64,000 bases of DNA from Bryobacteraceae bacterium (GTDB lineage Bacteria > Acidobacteriota > Terriglobia > Bryobacterales > Bryobacteraceae), in contig CBDCAQ010000009.1 in the NCBI GenBank assembly GCA_965214005.1, forward strand, positions 79,758 through 143,757, written 5' to 3'. The notes beneath the pieces were generated by a model, which was given only the letters and a program-made list of their open reading frames with translations, was not told the origin of the DNA and did no database searches. Made by a program: the position numbers and the translations under genes. Below are positions 18,064 through 28,507 of this stretch, piece after piece (positions within the stretch are counted from its first letter, which is position 1; the number at the start of each line of letters is the position of its first letter).

Positions 18064-20226
18064 ATGTCGGCTGGCAGTAAGTACATGTTGAGTAGACGGC
18101 AGATTATACGAAACGGCTTAATGACGAGCGCCTCACTCGTTGAGTTCTGTCGAATGCTTCCTCAAGCGGAAGCGCAGCCGAGCGTGGCAGGAGACCCATC
18201 CTCCTGGACGATTGGAAATCTTGGCAACGGGTTGCAGCGGACGATTACCTTTCATCCGGAAAGAGGGATTCGCACGGAGGCATTGACGGCAGCAGCAACG
18301 GGCAGCACCTTCATCACTCCCAGCAACGTTCGACCCGGGTTCGCTGCTGAGTTCTCATTTCGATGCAACGGGGCAGAATATCGCGGCGACGGGGCGGGCT
18401 TCCGGCTCCTGGGAGCTGAGGAGACTGCAGTCCGCGGCGGGCGCTCGTTGCAGGTGCGCCTTCATCATCCTGCACTGAGCTTGGACGTCGACGTAGCATA
18501 CCGAAGCTTCGATGGCCAACCCGCAATACGCAAACACGTTTCACTCCGCAATCAAGGCACGGGAGACTTGCTGATTACCCATTTGTGTATCGAGGCAGTT
18601 GGGCTCTGGCTTGGACCGGCGAACGAGACTGTCTTGAACACTCAATACGGTAGTATTCCACGAGAGATCTTCTACACAGGCCGGTCCGAAGACGCGGCCA
18701 TTCTGGTCTCAAACAGCCGTACAGGGAACGGCATGGCAGTCATAAGCGAAGTGCCCGGCTATATGAAGCGGACAGAAGTCGCAGGCTGGGACGATCCGAG
18801 TCGCGTGCGAGTGCAAGCGATGTACGACACAGACTTGATGCCCTTTGAACGCACATTGAAGCCGGGGCAGATCTTCCAGAGTGCAGCTGTTTCCCTTGTC
18901 GCATTCAGTGTGGGAAAGGGGTTTAACGATCCTAAATGGGTGCTGCCCTCCTTCGCTGCGAAGGTGCTGGTGAAGAAAATAGACGCGCAGGGTCCACCAT
19001 GGATCTACAACACCTGGGAACCATTTGAACGGACGATCAATGAGAAGACGACACTCGAATCGATCGAAGTGGCCGGTACCATCGGCATGGATGTCTTCAC
19101 CATCGACGACGGCTGGCAGAAGGAATACGGCGACAACGAAGTCAACCGCCAATCATTCCCGCACGGTCTTGAACCGATTATTGAGGCGATTGAGAGAGCC
19201 GGGATGCGGTTAGGATTGTGGATCCCGCTGGCTGCAATTAGCACCACCACCGCCGAGTATCGTAACAATACGACATTTGCCGCTCGGGACCAGCAGGGGC
19301 ATATGAAGATGACCTCGACCATGAGTGGTGATCAAGCTGTAATGTGCCTTGCAAGTGGGTTTCGCGACCTGGCTGCGGCACGCTTAAACGATGTGATCGA
19401 ACGATTCCGCGCAGCTTACTTAAAGCTGGATCTTACGACTATCTTCAACGCCTATGGAGAGTCGCCGGGTTGCGCGGCCGAGGGTCACGACCATGCGACG
19501 TGGGCGGAGTCTTTAAACATGATTTACGAAGGAATTGCTTACGTTGCTGAAAAGGTTTACGCGCGACACCCAGGTGTGCTGCTCGACTTGACGTTTGAGC
19601 TTTGGGGACAGAAGCACGTAATCGATGCCGGCCTTCTCAGGGCTGGGGATCTCGACTGGCTGAGCAATGTGGAGGACAAGTCATCCGATTCTGCAGGGCC
19701 TATCCAAGCCAGACAACTTCTCTACCAGCGAGCAGTTTCAATGCCGGTGGAAAGCATGCTCATCGGGAACATGCACGCGGGTGTGCCGTCAATTGCTGAG
19801 AGCTTCGCAACAGCGATCGGCTCCGCGCCACTTCTGCTAGGTGACCTTCGTAAGCTGAGTAGTACAGACCGTCTGTGGCTAAAGAGTAAGATCGCATGGT
19901 TCAAAGCGTTGCGGCACCGAGTACGGATTAGCGAAAGCTTCTTTCCGCTGGGCAGCTGGAATCAGACGACTGCGGATCGGTGGGACGGATTCGCGCGCTT
20001 GGCAAGAACAGGCGAGGGCATCATCGTCTTGTTTCGCAACCACTCCAAAATCGAGCAAATAGACGTGTGCCTGCAGCTGATCCCGCCTGGCCGTTTCAAA
20101 GCAAGGTCGGTTATTACGGGCGTGGAACTTGGAGTATTCACCACCGCCATGTGGGCGCAGGGTGTTCGGGTTACATTTGCGGGCGAATCGACGGTCGAAG
20201 TGCTTGAAGTATCCGCGCTTCCGTAG
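18064..20226 (+). CDS. GH36-like alpha-galactosidase
   Basis: A Tat-like RRQIIRNGLMTSA signal is present. FTIDDGWQKEYGD and AYLKLDLT match the GH36 DDGW and K-x-D motifs. ATG at 18064 follows AAGGAAG. Confidence 0.7.
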   Translation: MSAGSKYMLSRRQIIRNGLMTSASLVEFCRMLPQAEAQPSVAGDPSSWTIGNLGNGLQRTITFHPERGIRTEALTAAATGSTFITPSNVRPGFAAEFSFRCNGAEYRGDGAGFRLLGAEETAVRGGRSLQVRLHHPALSLDVDVAYRSFDGQPAIRKHVSLRNQGTGDLLITHLCIEAVGLWLGPANETVLNTQYGSIPREIFYTGRSEDAAILVSNSRTGNGMAVISEVPGYMKRTEVAGWDDPSRVRVQAMYDTDLMPFERTLKPGQIFQSAAVSLVAFSVGKGFNDPKWVLPSFAAKVLVKKIDAQGPPWIYNTWEPFERTINEKTTLESIEVAGTIGMDVFTIDDGWQKEYGDNEVNRQSFPHGLEPIIEAIERAGMRLGLWIPLAAISTTTAEYRNNTTFAARDQQGHMKMTSTMSGDQAVMCLASGFRDLAAARLNDVIERFRAAYLKLDLTTIFNAYGESPGCAAEGHDHATWAESLNMIYEGIAYVAEKVYARHPGVLLDLTFELWGQKHVIDAGLLRAGDLDWLSNVEDKSSDSAGPIQARQLLYQRAVSMPVESMLIGNMHAGVPSIAESFATAIGSAPLLLGDLRKLSSTDRLWLKSKIAWFKALRHRVRISESFFPLGSWNQTTADRWDGFARLARTGEGIIVLFRNHSKIEQIDVCLQLIPPGRFKARSVITGVELGVFTTAMWAQGVRVTFAGESTVEVLEVSALP

Positions 20227-20269
20227 GTCGCTTGCCGAACAAAGCTTCTAAAAGTACTGGGAGTACAGG

Positions 20270-21445
20270 ATGAGCAACTTCTCGTGGATTGCACTCTTCG
20301 TCGTACTTGGATTTTATACTGCATCAACCGCCCAGCAAGTTAGTTTGCCCGCACCAACCTCGCCAACCGCGATCGGTGATGCACCGGCAGATCCGGGTCC
20401 ACGGACAACACTACTCCGTGATCCAAGGCCCTACAGTGTGGAGAAAGTTCTGCGGCTGGTGGCTGACCGGGAGCTGCGTCGAACACGCGCCACCCCAAGC
20501 CGGGATTGGACGATGGTACCGCTTTATCTTGGACTACTTGCCGCATCGCGGGTCCTGGGTGTCAGCGCTTATCACGATGAGGTGCTGCAACACGCGGAGA
20601 CTTTCGATTGGAAGCTCGGGTCTCAGCCAGCATTCGCCGACGATCAGGCGATCGGGCAGGTTTATCTGGCGCTCTTTCATGAACGACACGACGAGGTACG
20701 CATCCGCGCGTTGCGCGCGGAGTTCGATAAGCTCATCAGGCTTCCAGATACGGAAGGTGCTCCGGTCTGGTGGTGGTGCGACGCCCTGTTCATGTCGCCT
20801 CCCGCATGGACGGATTTGACCAAGGTCACGGGAGATCCTGGTTACAGGGCCTATGCAATGAGAGAGTGGGCGATCACCAACACGGTTCTTTGGGACGATC
20901 AGGAGAAGCTGTTCTTCCGCGACAACACGTATGTTGACAAGCGCGAGGCGAATGGCTCAAAGATATTCTGGTCGCGCGGCAACGGTTGGGTGGTGGCCGG
21001 TCTCGTTCGCATCTTGGAGACTTTACCGCGTAACGATCCGTCCCGCCCGTTTTACGAAAACAAGTTGAAAGATATGGTCAGGAGAATCGCTTCGCTTCAG
21101 TCTAACGATGGGCTGTGGCGTCCAGGTCTGCTAGATCCCGGTGCCTATCCGCTGCCTGAGACTTCTGGATCTTCGTTCTATTTGTATGCAATCGCGTCGG
21201 GTGTTCGCCAGCATTTACTTTCAAGATCTCTCTACGAACCGGTCCTGCGGAAAGGCTGGGCCGGACTTGTTGGTCAGGTTTATGCGGATGGACGTGTCGG
21301 AGGGGTACAGCCGGTGGGAGCAGCTCCCGGCGCCTACCCGGCGTCTGCGAGCTACAGTTTCGGCTCGGGAGCCTTTTTGCTTGCCGCTGCTGAGATTGCC
21401 CAGCTGCGTCTCAGGCAAGCTCCTGCCAGATCCCACTCCCACTAG
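20270..21445 (+). CDS. GH105/GH88-type unsaturated rhamnogalacturonyl/glucuronyl hydrolase
   Basis: A signal peptide is present. WWCDALFMSPPAW and FWSRGNGWVVAGL are characteristic YteR/GH105 motifs. Confidence 0.8.
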   Translation: MSNFSWIALFVVLGFYTASTAQQVSLPAPTSPTAIGDAPADPGPRTTLLRDPRPYSVEKVLRLVADRELRRTRATPSRDWTMVPLYLGLLAASRVLGVSAYHDEVLQHAETFDWKLGSQPAFADDQAIGQVYLALFHERHDEVRIRALRAEFDKLIRLPDTEGAPVWWWCDALFMSPPAWTDLTKVTGDPGYRAYAMREWAITNTVLWDDQEKLFFRDNTYVDKREANGSKIFWSRGNGWVVAGLVRILETLPRNDPSRPFYENKLKDMVRRIASLQSNDGLWRPGLLDPGAYPLPETSGSSFYLYAIASGVRQHLLSRSLYEPVLRKGWAGLVGQVYADGRVGGVQPVGAAPGAYPASASYSFGSGAFLLAAAEIAQLRLRQAPARSHSH

Positions 21446-21812
21446 CTCCTCTTGCCATGACTACTACGTTAAGTAACGTTCAGGCACAAACGTACACTTG
21501 TGCGTATCGCTACCGCCAGCTTAGCTTCAAACTTGTTGAACGACGCGAAGCCCGGCGGCCGCACACTGGCTCGCATGCATCAGAAATCGTCCGACTCTCG
21601 CTAGGCACCTTCGTCGCGCCTGCGGTGTTTTCGAACCGTGCCGTTCGCGACAGGGCTGTCGAATCTCTTACGACCGCCTGCTAGGGGCGCAGCAGCCTAG
21701 GCGGGCTCGGCTAGGGCCGTTGATCTTTTGATCTACCTTGAGGTTTGACCCGGCCTTCTACAAGCACGCGTTGCCACCCGCAGACGTTCGCAAACGCAGA
21801 TCAGGAGTTTCT

Positions 21813-24032
21813 TTGCGCCACCCGTATTCAACTTCCCTTTCAGGCTGCTTTTCGGTTCTTGCTTTGTCCTTTGCCGGCATCTCCTCGGCTCAGGTGACCC
21901 CGCCTGCTTCACCCTGGATGGATAAAACCCTGCCGCCGGCCAAGCGCGCTGAGCTCGTCCTTAAACAGATGACGCTGCAGGAGAAGACTGGCTTACTTCA
22001 TGGCAATGGAATGATGTACGCTCCACAATGGCAAATGCCTCTGACTCCGCAGAGCAACGGCGGTGCCGGCATGGTAGAGGGGGTGCCGCGTCTAGGCATC
22101 CCGCGACTCTACCTCTCTGACGCCGCCTACGGAGTACGCAGCAGTGCTCAAAACGGCCGCTACTCTACCGCTCTGCCATCCAACCTTGCGTCCGCCGCCG
22201 CCTGGAGCACTGAAGGTGCCTGTGACTACGGCACCTTGATCGGACGGGAGCTCAGAGCCCAGGGCTACAACATGAGCCTTGGTGGGGGAGTCAATCTCAC
22301 TAGAGATCCCAGAAACGGGCGCACCTTCGAGTACCTTGGAGAAGATCCGCTGCTCGCGGGGATACTCGCCGGAAATGTCATGCGTTGCGAGCAGGCCCAA
22401 CATGTTATTGGCCACATCAAGCACTTCGCGCTGAACGACCAGGAGACCGGACGCAACATCGTGGACGTGAAGATAACACAGCGTGCCATGCAAGAAACTG
22501 ACCTACTCGCTTTTCACATCGCACTGGATCTGGCTCACCCCGGGGCAGTTATGTGTTCCTACAACCGTGTCAACGCCGATTACGCTTGTGAAAACGAATA
22601 TCTTCTAAAAGATGTTCTCAAGCGTGACTGGCACTTTCCAGGCTTCGTGATCTCCGACTGGGGCGGTACCCATAGCACTGTTAAGGCAAGCAGAGCGGGG
22701 CTGGATCAGGAGCAGCCAATGGCCGCTTACTTTGGAGAAAAGCTGGAACAGGCAGTGGCAGACGGCCGTGTACCCCTTGCCGAAATTGATGATCACGCGC
22801 GACGCATTCTTTACGCTGAGTTCGCTGCTGGCCTCCTCGATTATCCCTTGCAAAAGAGTGTCGTGGATCCAGAGAAAGGCCTGCTTGTCGCACAATCCCA
22901 GGAAGAGGCGAGTATCGTCTTGCTGCGAAATAGACACGACATTTTGCCGTTGCAGGCACAAAAGATCCGCCGCATCGCCGTGATCGGCGGGCACGCAGAC
23001 GTGGGCATGATTTCAGGGGGAGGATCGGCTCAGGTCGATCCACCCGTTGGCAGCGCAATTTTTCCACCGGGCGAAGGAGACCAAGGATGGCAAGCGCATA
23101 TCTGGTTTCCTACCTCGCCACTGAAAGCCTTGCGGGGGAGGTTTCCCGGAGCCACAATCGACTTTGCCTCAGGCGACGATCGCCCTGCGGCGCGGGCGCT
23201 TGCCAAAGGAGCGGACGTTGTCTTGGTCTTCGCAACGCAGTGGTCTTCAGAAGGGTTGGATCTACCCAGCCTTGCTCTGCCGGACGGCCAGGACCAGTTG
23301 ATTGAAGACGTTGCTTCTGCCAATCCGCGCACCGTGGTGGTATTAGAAAGTGGCTCGGCCGTCACCATGCCGTGGCTGGATCGGGTGGGTGGGGTGGTAG
23401 AGGCCTGGTACGCTGGCAGCAGCGGACACCGGGCGTTGGTCCGTGTGCTTGCAGGAGATGTCAACCCTAGCGGAAAGCTCCCCATGACCTTCCCCCGTAG
23501 TGAAATCGATCTGCCTCGTACCGCCATTTCCGCCCTGCCTGCGGAGGATCAAGGACAAGGAAGCGCGGCTGTCAGTGACGACTCCCACGCCTCCTCGGGC
23601 TACTTCGTCAACTACGACGAAGGCCTGCAGGTCGGGTATAAGTGGTTTGAGGTGAAGCATAAAGAACCCCTTTTCAGCTTCGGGTATGGTCTGAGCTATA
23701 CCACCTTCGCCTACTCCGACCTTCACGTCTCAGGCGATCAGGTAAGTTTTTACCTGCGCAACACCGGTCAGCGTAGCGGAGTCGAAATCGCTCAGATATA
23801 TGCAACACCGCCAAAGGAGGCTGGTGAGCCATTTCACCACTTGGTCGCATGGACGAGGGTGCAGCTCGATCCTGGTCAATCAAAGCGAATCGTCCTCACA
23901 ATAGACCGAAGGGTGCTCTCTACTTTCGAGGCGAAGGGGCAGAACTGGCATGTCGTTCCGGGGCCCTACAAAGTTGAGGTTGGCTCAAGCGTAGCCACAC
24001 TGCCGTTGGCAACAACGACGACTCTGTACTAA
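21813..24032 (+). CDS. GH3 beta-glucosidase-like glycoside hydrolase
   Basis: KHFALNDQETGR, the VISDWGG nucleophile region, and a C-terminal FGYGLSYTTF plus fibronectin-like domain. The probable start is TTG at 21813 after AGGAG; the ORF is open from 21738. Confidence 0.85.
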   Translation: MRHPYSTSLSGCFSVLALSFAGISSAQVTPPASPWMDKTLPPAKRAELVLKQMTLQEKTGLLHGNGMMYAPQWQMPLTPQSNGGAGMVEGVPRLGIPRLYLSDAAYGVRSSAQNGRYSTALPSNLASAAAWSTEGACDYGTLIGRELRAQGYNMSLGGGVNLTRDPRNGRTFEYLGEDPLLAGILAGNVMRCEQAQHVIGHIKHFALNDQETGRNIVDVKITQRAMQETDLLAFHIALDLAHPGAVMCSYNRVNADYACENEYLLKDVLKRDWHFPGFVISDWGGTHSTVKASRAGLDQEQPMAAYFGEKLEQAVADGRVPLAEIDDHARRILYAEFAAGLLDYPLQKSVVDPEKGLLVAQSQEEASIVLLRNRHDILPLQAQKIRRIAVIGGHADVGMISGGGSAQVDPPVGSAIFPPGEGDQGWQAHIWFPTSPLKALRGRFPGATIDFASGDDRPAARALAKGADVVLVFATQWSSEGLDLPSLALPDGQDQLIEDVASANPRTVVVLESGSAVTMPWLDRVGGVVEAWYAGSSGHRALVRVLAGDVNPSGKLPMTFPRSEIDLPRTAISALPAEDQGQGSAAVSDDSHASSGYFVNYDEGLQVGYKWFEVKHKEPLFSFGYGLSYTTFAYSDLHVSGDQVSFYLRNTGQRSGVEIAQIYATPPKEAGEPFHHLVAWTRVQLDPGQSKRIVLTIDRRVLSTFEAKGQNWHVVPGPYKVEVGSSVATLPLATTTTLY

Positions 24033-24405
24033 ACCCCCCAACGGATTTACCTTCAGCCTGCAAAATTTGAGTTTGCAAATGCACGCCGCACCTACCGACT
24101 TGCTTAGAGGAGGCGTTCCCCCGTGCAAGTGTGAGAAAGTGTGCCCTTGATCTTGGCGGACTGCTCAGGCACGCCACCAGAACAACGAGAGGCTCCAAGT
24201 GAATGTATTCGCAGAATGCTTCACGTAAAGATACGTTCTTCAACAATTTCTGACTTGCCCGTGGCACTCACAGTATTGATGAATGGATGGGTACAAATCA
24301 TCGTGGAATAAATGCGCGTGTGATCTCACTCTTGATACCGTACAGTTCGCAACAATTCAGGATTTCACCGCCCCATGCGGGTTTAAGGCTTAATCAAGGA
24401 GCGCC

Positions 24406-26520
24406 ATGCGTCATCTATACAGCGTCAGCAATATCTCTTCCTGTTCTATTGCCCTCGCCATCAGTCTTGTTGCTTCTGGGTGCAGTATGGGCATTCCCGC
24501 GTCTTCTGTGCAGGTGGTGGCGACCGCCCACCAGGCCGGCCGTGCAATGGGTGGGCAACAGCCAGTATCGGGCGCTGTCGTCACGTTATGGAAGGCTGGC
24601 AAGACCACGAGTTACGGCCAGGGCGCGGTGTCGCTCTACAGCACCCAAACTGACGCCGCCGGTAACTTCAACCTGACCGGAGGTTATACGTGTGGTGCCG
24701 GCGACCAGCTCTACATCACGGCATATGGGGGAGATCCAGGCGGGGGCCCGAACTCCGCGAACGGTCTGGCCGCAGCGCTGGGAGATTGCACCGTGGTTCA
24801 GGCTACGCCGTTCATTGTCATCAACGAAGCCACAACAGTCGCGACAATCTTCGCATTGCAGCAGTTTGCAAAGGTGACCTATGGGACATCGGGACTAGCC
24901 ACTGTGATGGCAGGCGGCCTGCCCTTGAACATCGGAGCACCGGCTTCCAACGTCGTTGGCCTGACTAACGCTTTTCTTACGGTTAACAATCTGGCGCCAG
25001 CCACATCGGCACCTACCATTCCACAGAGCTACTCCCGCAGCGCTACCATCAACGGTACATCGACCACAATGGTGGTCACACCGCCTTACGCGAAAATTGC
25101 AACGCTGGCCAACATTCTTGCGTCTTGCGTGAACTCGAATGATGCGGGCAGCGCAAACTCTTCCATCTGTTCGACCCTCTTCACGTCCGTCAAGCCGGCC
25201 AGCCAGGCGAGCTTGCCCGCCGACACAATTCAGGCCGCACTGGATATGGCGATCAACTCCGGCAATGTGGGCTCGGCTTCGGCTCCACCATACTCACTCT
25301 CGTCTTCAAATCCGCCGTTCCAGCCGAGCCTGACCGCTCCGCCGGCAGACTGGCAGCTTGGACTGAGCTTTACCAGTAGCACACTTGTAGATCCGACAGG
25401 TTCTCCAGCATACTTTCTGTACGGACCGTCGGGAGTGCAGGTCGACTCGGCCGGCAATATCTATATTTTGAACTATGCGGGCGCGGGTGGGAGTACCGCT
25501 CCTTATAACAATAGCGTGGTGGAATTTTCCCCGATCGGCACGCCGATAGGCCTGTACCTAAACACGTCCGCGGCAAGCATTCAGTATCCCCGGTCGATGG
25601 TGCTGGACGTGAATAACCATATCTTTGTGGGCGATGCGTACTATACGCAGGTAACGGAGTACGTAAGCAGCAGCACGATCGCCAAGTTTACCGTGCCTGG
25701 GAACCCCGCGCAGCTGATCGGCGACAGCGGCGGCAACATCCTGGCTTCTTCGTCAAACGGGAACGTTTACAAGATAACGCCCGGGGTGACCACCGCGACG
25801 CTAGTGACTACGCTGCCCACGACTACCTCGAGTTTCCTAGCGTTGGATGGCAATCTGAACTTGTGGCTGACGGGAAATGCAACCAGCAGCACGGCCGGTA
25901 ATCAATACGTTGCCTATGTGCCCTGCACGCCCGGCAGCGGTGCTGTCTGCACGGGGACTTCGACCAATACTTATCCCAGCACCCCTACGAAGTTCACCTC
26001 CTTTCCCACTTTGAACGGGAATCCAGGCGTGCCGATCGGCGTTGGAATCGATAGCAACAATAACGCACTGATTGCGCTGACAACTTATGCAGGGACCTTC
26101 GGCTTCGGCTGTGACTTTTCTCTGAATGCCACGTCGGTGGCGACCTCGATTACGCCCGTCTGCTCCGCGAACTTAGCCGGCGGCCTTAACAACCCGCAGG
26201 AGTCCCGGACTGACGGAGCCAACACTCTCTGGTCTACGGATCTGGCAACCTCCACCACTACGTTTGCAGTCTCTGGACTGAATTACTCCGGCGGAAACTT
26301 CACTCCCGTGACGGGAAGCAAGGGCTTGGCAGACGTCACTCTGCAATCTCGCTACATGGAAATCGATCAGAGCGGAAACCTGTGGCTAACCTATCTCAAC
26401 CCGTCGACGAGTGGGACAATCACATATGTCGTGTCCGAGGTTGTGGGTGCGGCAGCCCCCGTCTACGCGCCGCTCGCCAATGCAATCAAGAACGGCAGCC
26501 TGGGTAGAAGCCCTCAATAA
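24406..26520 (+). CDS. lipoprotein with NHL/beta-propeller-like repeats
   Basis: Lipobox LVASGC. Repeated D..GN(I/L)(Y/W) motifs occur (DSAGNIYIL, DSGGNILAS, DGNLNLWLT, DQSGNLWLT). ATG follows AAGGAG. Confidence 0.6.
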   Translation: MRHLYSVSNISSCSIALAISLVASGCSMGIPASSVQVVATAHQAGRAMGGQQPVSGAVVTLWKAGKTTSYGQGAVSLYSTQTDAAGNFNLTGGYTCGAGDQLYITAYGGDPGGGPNSANGLAAALGDCTVVQATPFIVINEATTVATIFALQQFAKVTYGTSGLATVMAGGLPLNIGAPASNVVGLTNAFLTVNNLAPATSAPTIPQSYSRSATINGTSTTMVVTPPYAKIATLANILASCVNSNDAGSANSSICSTLFTSVKPASQASLPADTIQAALDMAINSGNVGSASAPPYSLSSSNPPFQPSLTAPPADWQLGLSFTSSTLVDPTGSPAYFLYGPSGVQVDSAGNIYILNYAGAGGSTAPYNNSVVEFSPIGTPIGLYLNTSAASIQYPRSMVLDVNNHIFVGDAYYTQVTEYVSSSTIAKFTVPGNPAQLIGDSGGNILASSSNGNVYKITPGVTTATLVTTLPTTTSSFLALDGNLNLWLTGNATSSTAGNQYVAYVPCTPGSGAVCTGTSTNTYPSTPTKFTSFPTLNGNPGVPIGVGIDSNNNALIALTTYAGTFGFGCDFSLNATSVATSITPVCSANLAGGLNNPQESRTDGANTLWSTDLATSTTTFAVSGLNYSGGNFTPVTGSKGLADVTLQSRYMEIDQSGNLWLTYLNPSTSGTITYVVSEVVGAAAPVYAPLANAIKNGSLGRSPQ

Positions 26521-26546
26521 CCTCTGTTCAGATTGCTCTTCTGAGC

Positions 26547-26579
26547 GGCTTCGGCGCATTTGTGCCGAAGCCTTTTTTT
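26547..26579 (+). terminator. rho-independent terminator
   Basis: GGCTTCGGC-loop-GCCGAAGCC is followed by TTTTTTT, 27 bp after the stop of the NHL lipoprotein gene. Confidence 0.65.
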
Positions 26580-26876
26580 GCGTGATGGATTTCAATCGAT
26601 ACTTCATCCTAGTGTTTCTAACGGAGCAACAGGCAAGTTGTACTTGTGAAAAGGATTACACGTAAAGCGACGTTCAGAACCAACTTCTAACTTGCCATAG
26701 GTTGTGCAGCACTCCGAGTATGGCGGCGCTGCGATTTAGTGACCTTCCGCGACGTGAACTGAGAGCCTGAGAATCGGTCATGAAACCGACGAAGCACTAA
26801 AGCCTGGGATCAAGAGGGAAAATCCATCGCCGCCGTAGCGCAGTTGAGCGGCCCCTACAACGAATCAAGAGTCAGT

Positions 26877-28428
26877 ATGAAGAAGACACATCTTTTGTTC
26901 GGATCAGCTTTGCTACTCCTCGCATACGCGACCTTCAAACCGGCGGCGACGCAGCAGTGCACCATCTGGGGGGACGCAGCAAACGGAAGAGATTACCACG
27001 GCGGCAAAGCCCAGACGGATGCGTTCCAGACGCTGAACAAGGCTGCAAACATTGCAGCGGCGGGACGTCGTTTGCGCGATCGGCGGAAGCACTCCTTACA
27101 CCAATTCCTACCAGAATACTTCGATTCTCGAGATCACCAGTTCTGGCAAACCCTCTAAGCCAATCACTTTCACCTCTGCACCAGGTTCAACATTGGGTTC
27201 GAGCAACCAGGTAACGCTGCAGATTGCGGATGTGAACCTGAACGGCATCTGGGTACATGCAGGCACGAATAATCCCGGCAAGACCTTGACGGTACCCTCC
27301 TACATCATCGTCCAAGGATTCAATGTGGTGGGCAACGGTGCCAGTTCGAAGTCGGCCTTCGACGCGGCAGGTTGTCAGCCCGGAATCGAGATTACTTCCG
27401 GAACTTCACCGTGTTCCCAGGCTGCGATTGAACATCCGGACTCTTACCCTCAGTACAACTCGACATGCATCCAGGTGGATGGAAGGAGAACGGGTTACAC
27501 GGCGAGCGACGCAAGGCCGACGCATATCTCGGTATTGAGCAACACAGCACAGGAGTGCAGCGCGGCTGGCATCTCCGTCATTGAAATCGACTATGTGAAC
27601 GTTTCCTATAATGGTGTGTGGGATTCCGCTTTTTATACGACGTATGGGTAGAGCGGAATCGACTTTGTGGGGATGTGGGATTCCAATAAGAATGGGGGAA
27701 TGCCGATCGATAACACGTTTGCCGGAAGGTATCGGAATCTGGTGACTCAGAACAAGGTATTCAACACACAGGAGAAAGTCCCGTACAGGGGGTTCAAGCT
27801 GAACAACGCCTATATCATCACGGATGGCGAAGGGATCATCATGGATACGTTCGAGACCTCAAAGGGGGCGCCGGATGGAGCTCCAAACATGGCGGACTAT
27901 GCCGGTTCTACATTGATTGCCGATAACTTGATATGGAACAATGGCAGCTCCGGAATGCAAATTCTAAATTCCAACGACTTTGACATCTTCAACAACTCTC
28001 TTTACGGCAATGCGAACAACAACCTTCCTTCACCAAGCAACCAGTACAAAAATGGGGAGATTCAGATCAAGGGATCTATTACTGGCTTGAACGCTTATAA
28101 CAACATTCTTTAACCTGGAGGATCCGGGCAGTTAACGGCCACCGTAGTGGCCGGCTGCGGCTGCTGGTTCCTTAACAACGACCTGTATAATGAGACTGAC
28201 ACCCTGGTGGACGGCTCGTCGAAACCCAAAAACGACACGTCGAACATCACGACCTCTCCGCAATATGTCAAGGTCAGCACAACCGATAAATGGAGCGTTG
28301 ACCTTCATCTGACGCCAGGAAGCCCCGCCATCAACGCAGGTGAGAATTTTGCAATCCCATCTGTTGCTTATGGCGGCGGCCCAAGAACGGTTGGGTCGAA
28401 GTCTGACATCGGGGCATACGAGCAGTGA
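26877..28428 (+). pseudogene. disrupted right-handed beta-helix (pectate-lyase-fold) lipoprotein/secreted protein gene, paralog of 35992-37386 and 30464-32104
   Basis: Four ORF fragments align colinearly with the intact paralogs. There is a frameshift near 27060 (AFQTLNKAANIAAAG then DVVCAIGGS in another frame), an in-frame TAG at 27649-27651 (YTTYG*SGI versus YGTSAIS in the paralog) and an in-frame TAA at 28111-28113. Confidence 0.7.
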
Positions 28429-28437
28429 CCATACAAA

Positions 28438-28462
28438 GGCCCGGCATCTTTCTCGCCGGGCC
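28438..28462. terminator. bidirectional hairpin terminator between convergent genes
   Basis: GGCCCGGC-ATCTTTCTC-GCCGGGCC forms a perfect 8-bp GC stem, flanked by ATTT on the plus strand and TTTGT on the minus strand. Confidence 0.55.
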
Positions 28463-28507
28463 ATTTGCACAGGCTTCAACGGATGATGTGCGATGTCAAA
28501 GCCGTGT

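Noticed and set aside
21457-21684. 75-aa ORF in the GH105-GH3 intergenic region
   Set aside because: It has no RBS and no recognisable motif, and its composition is arbitrary. It is more likely a non-coding promoter/leader region for the GH3 gene.
26877-28428. Stop-codon readthrough or recoding as an alternative to the pseudogene call
   Set aside because: Two different stop codons (TAG and TAA) plus a separate frameshift would all need recoding. No other gene in the window shows in-frame stops.
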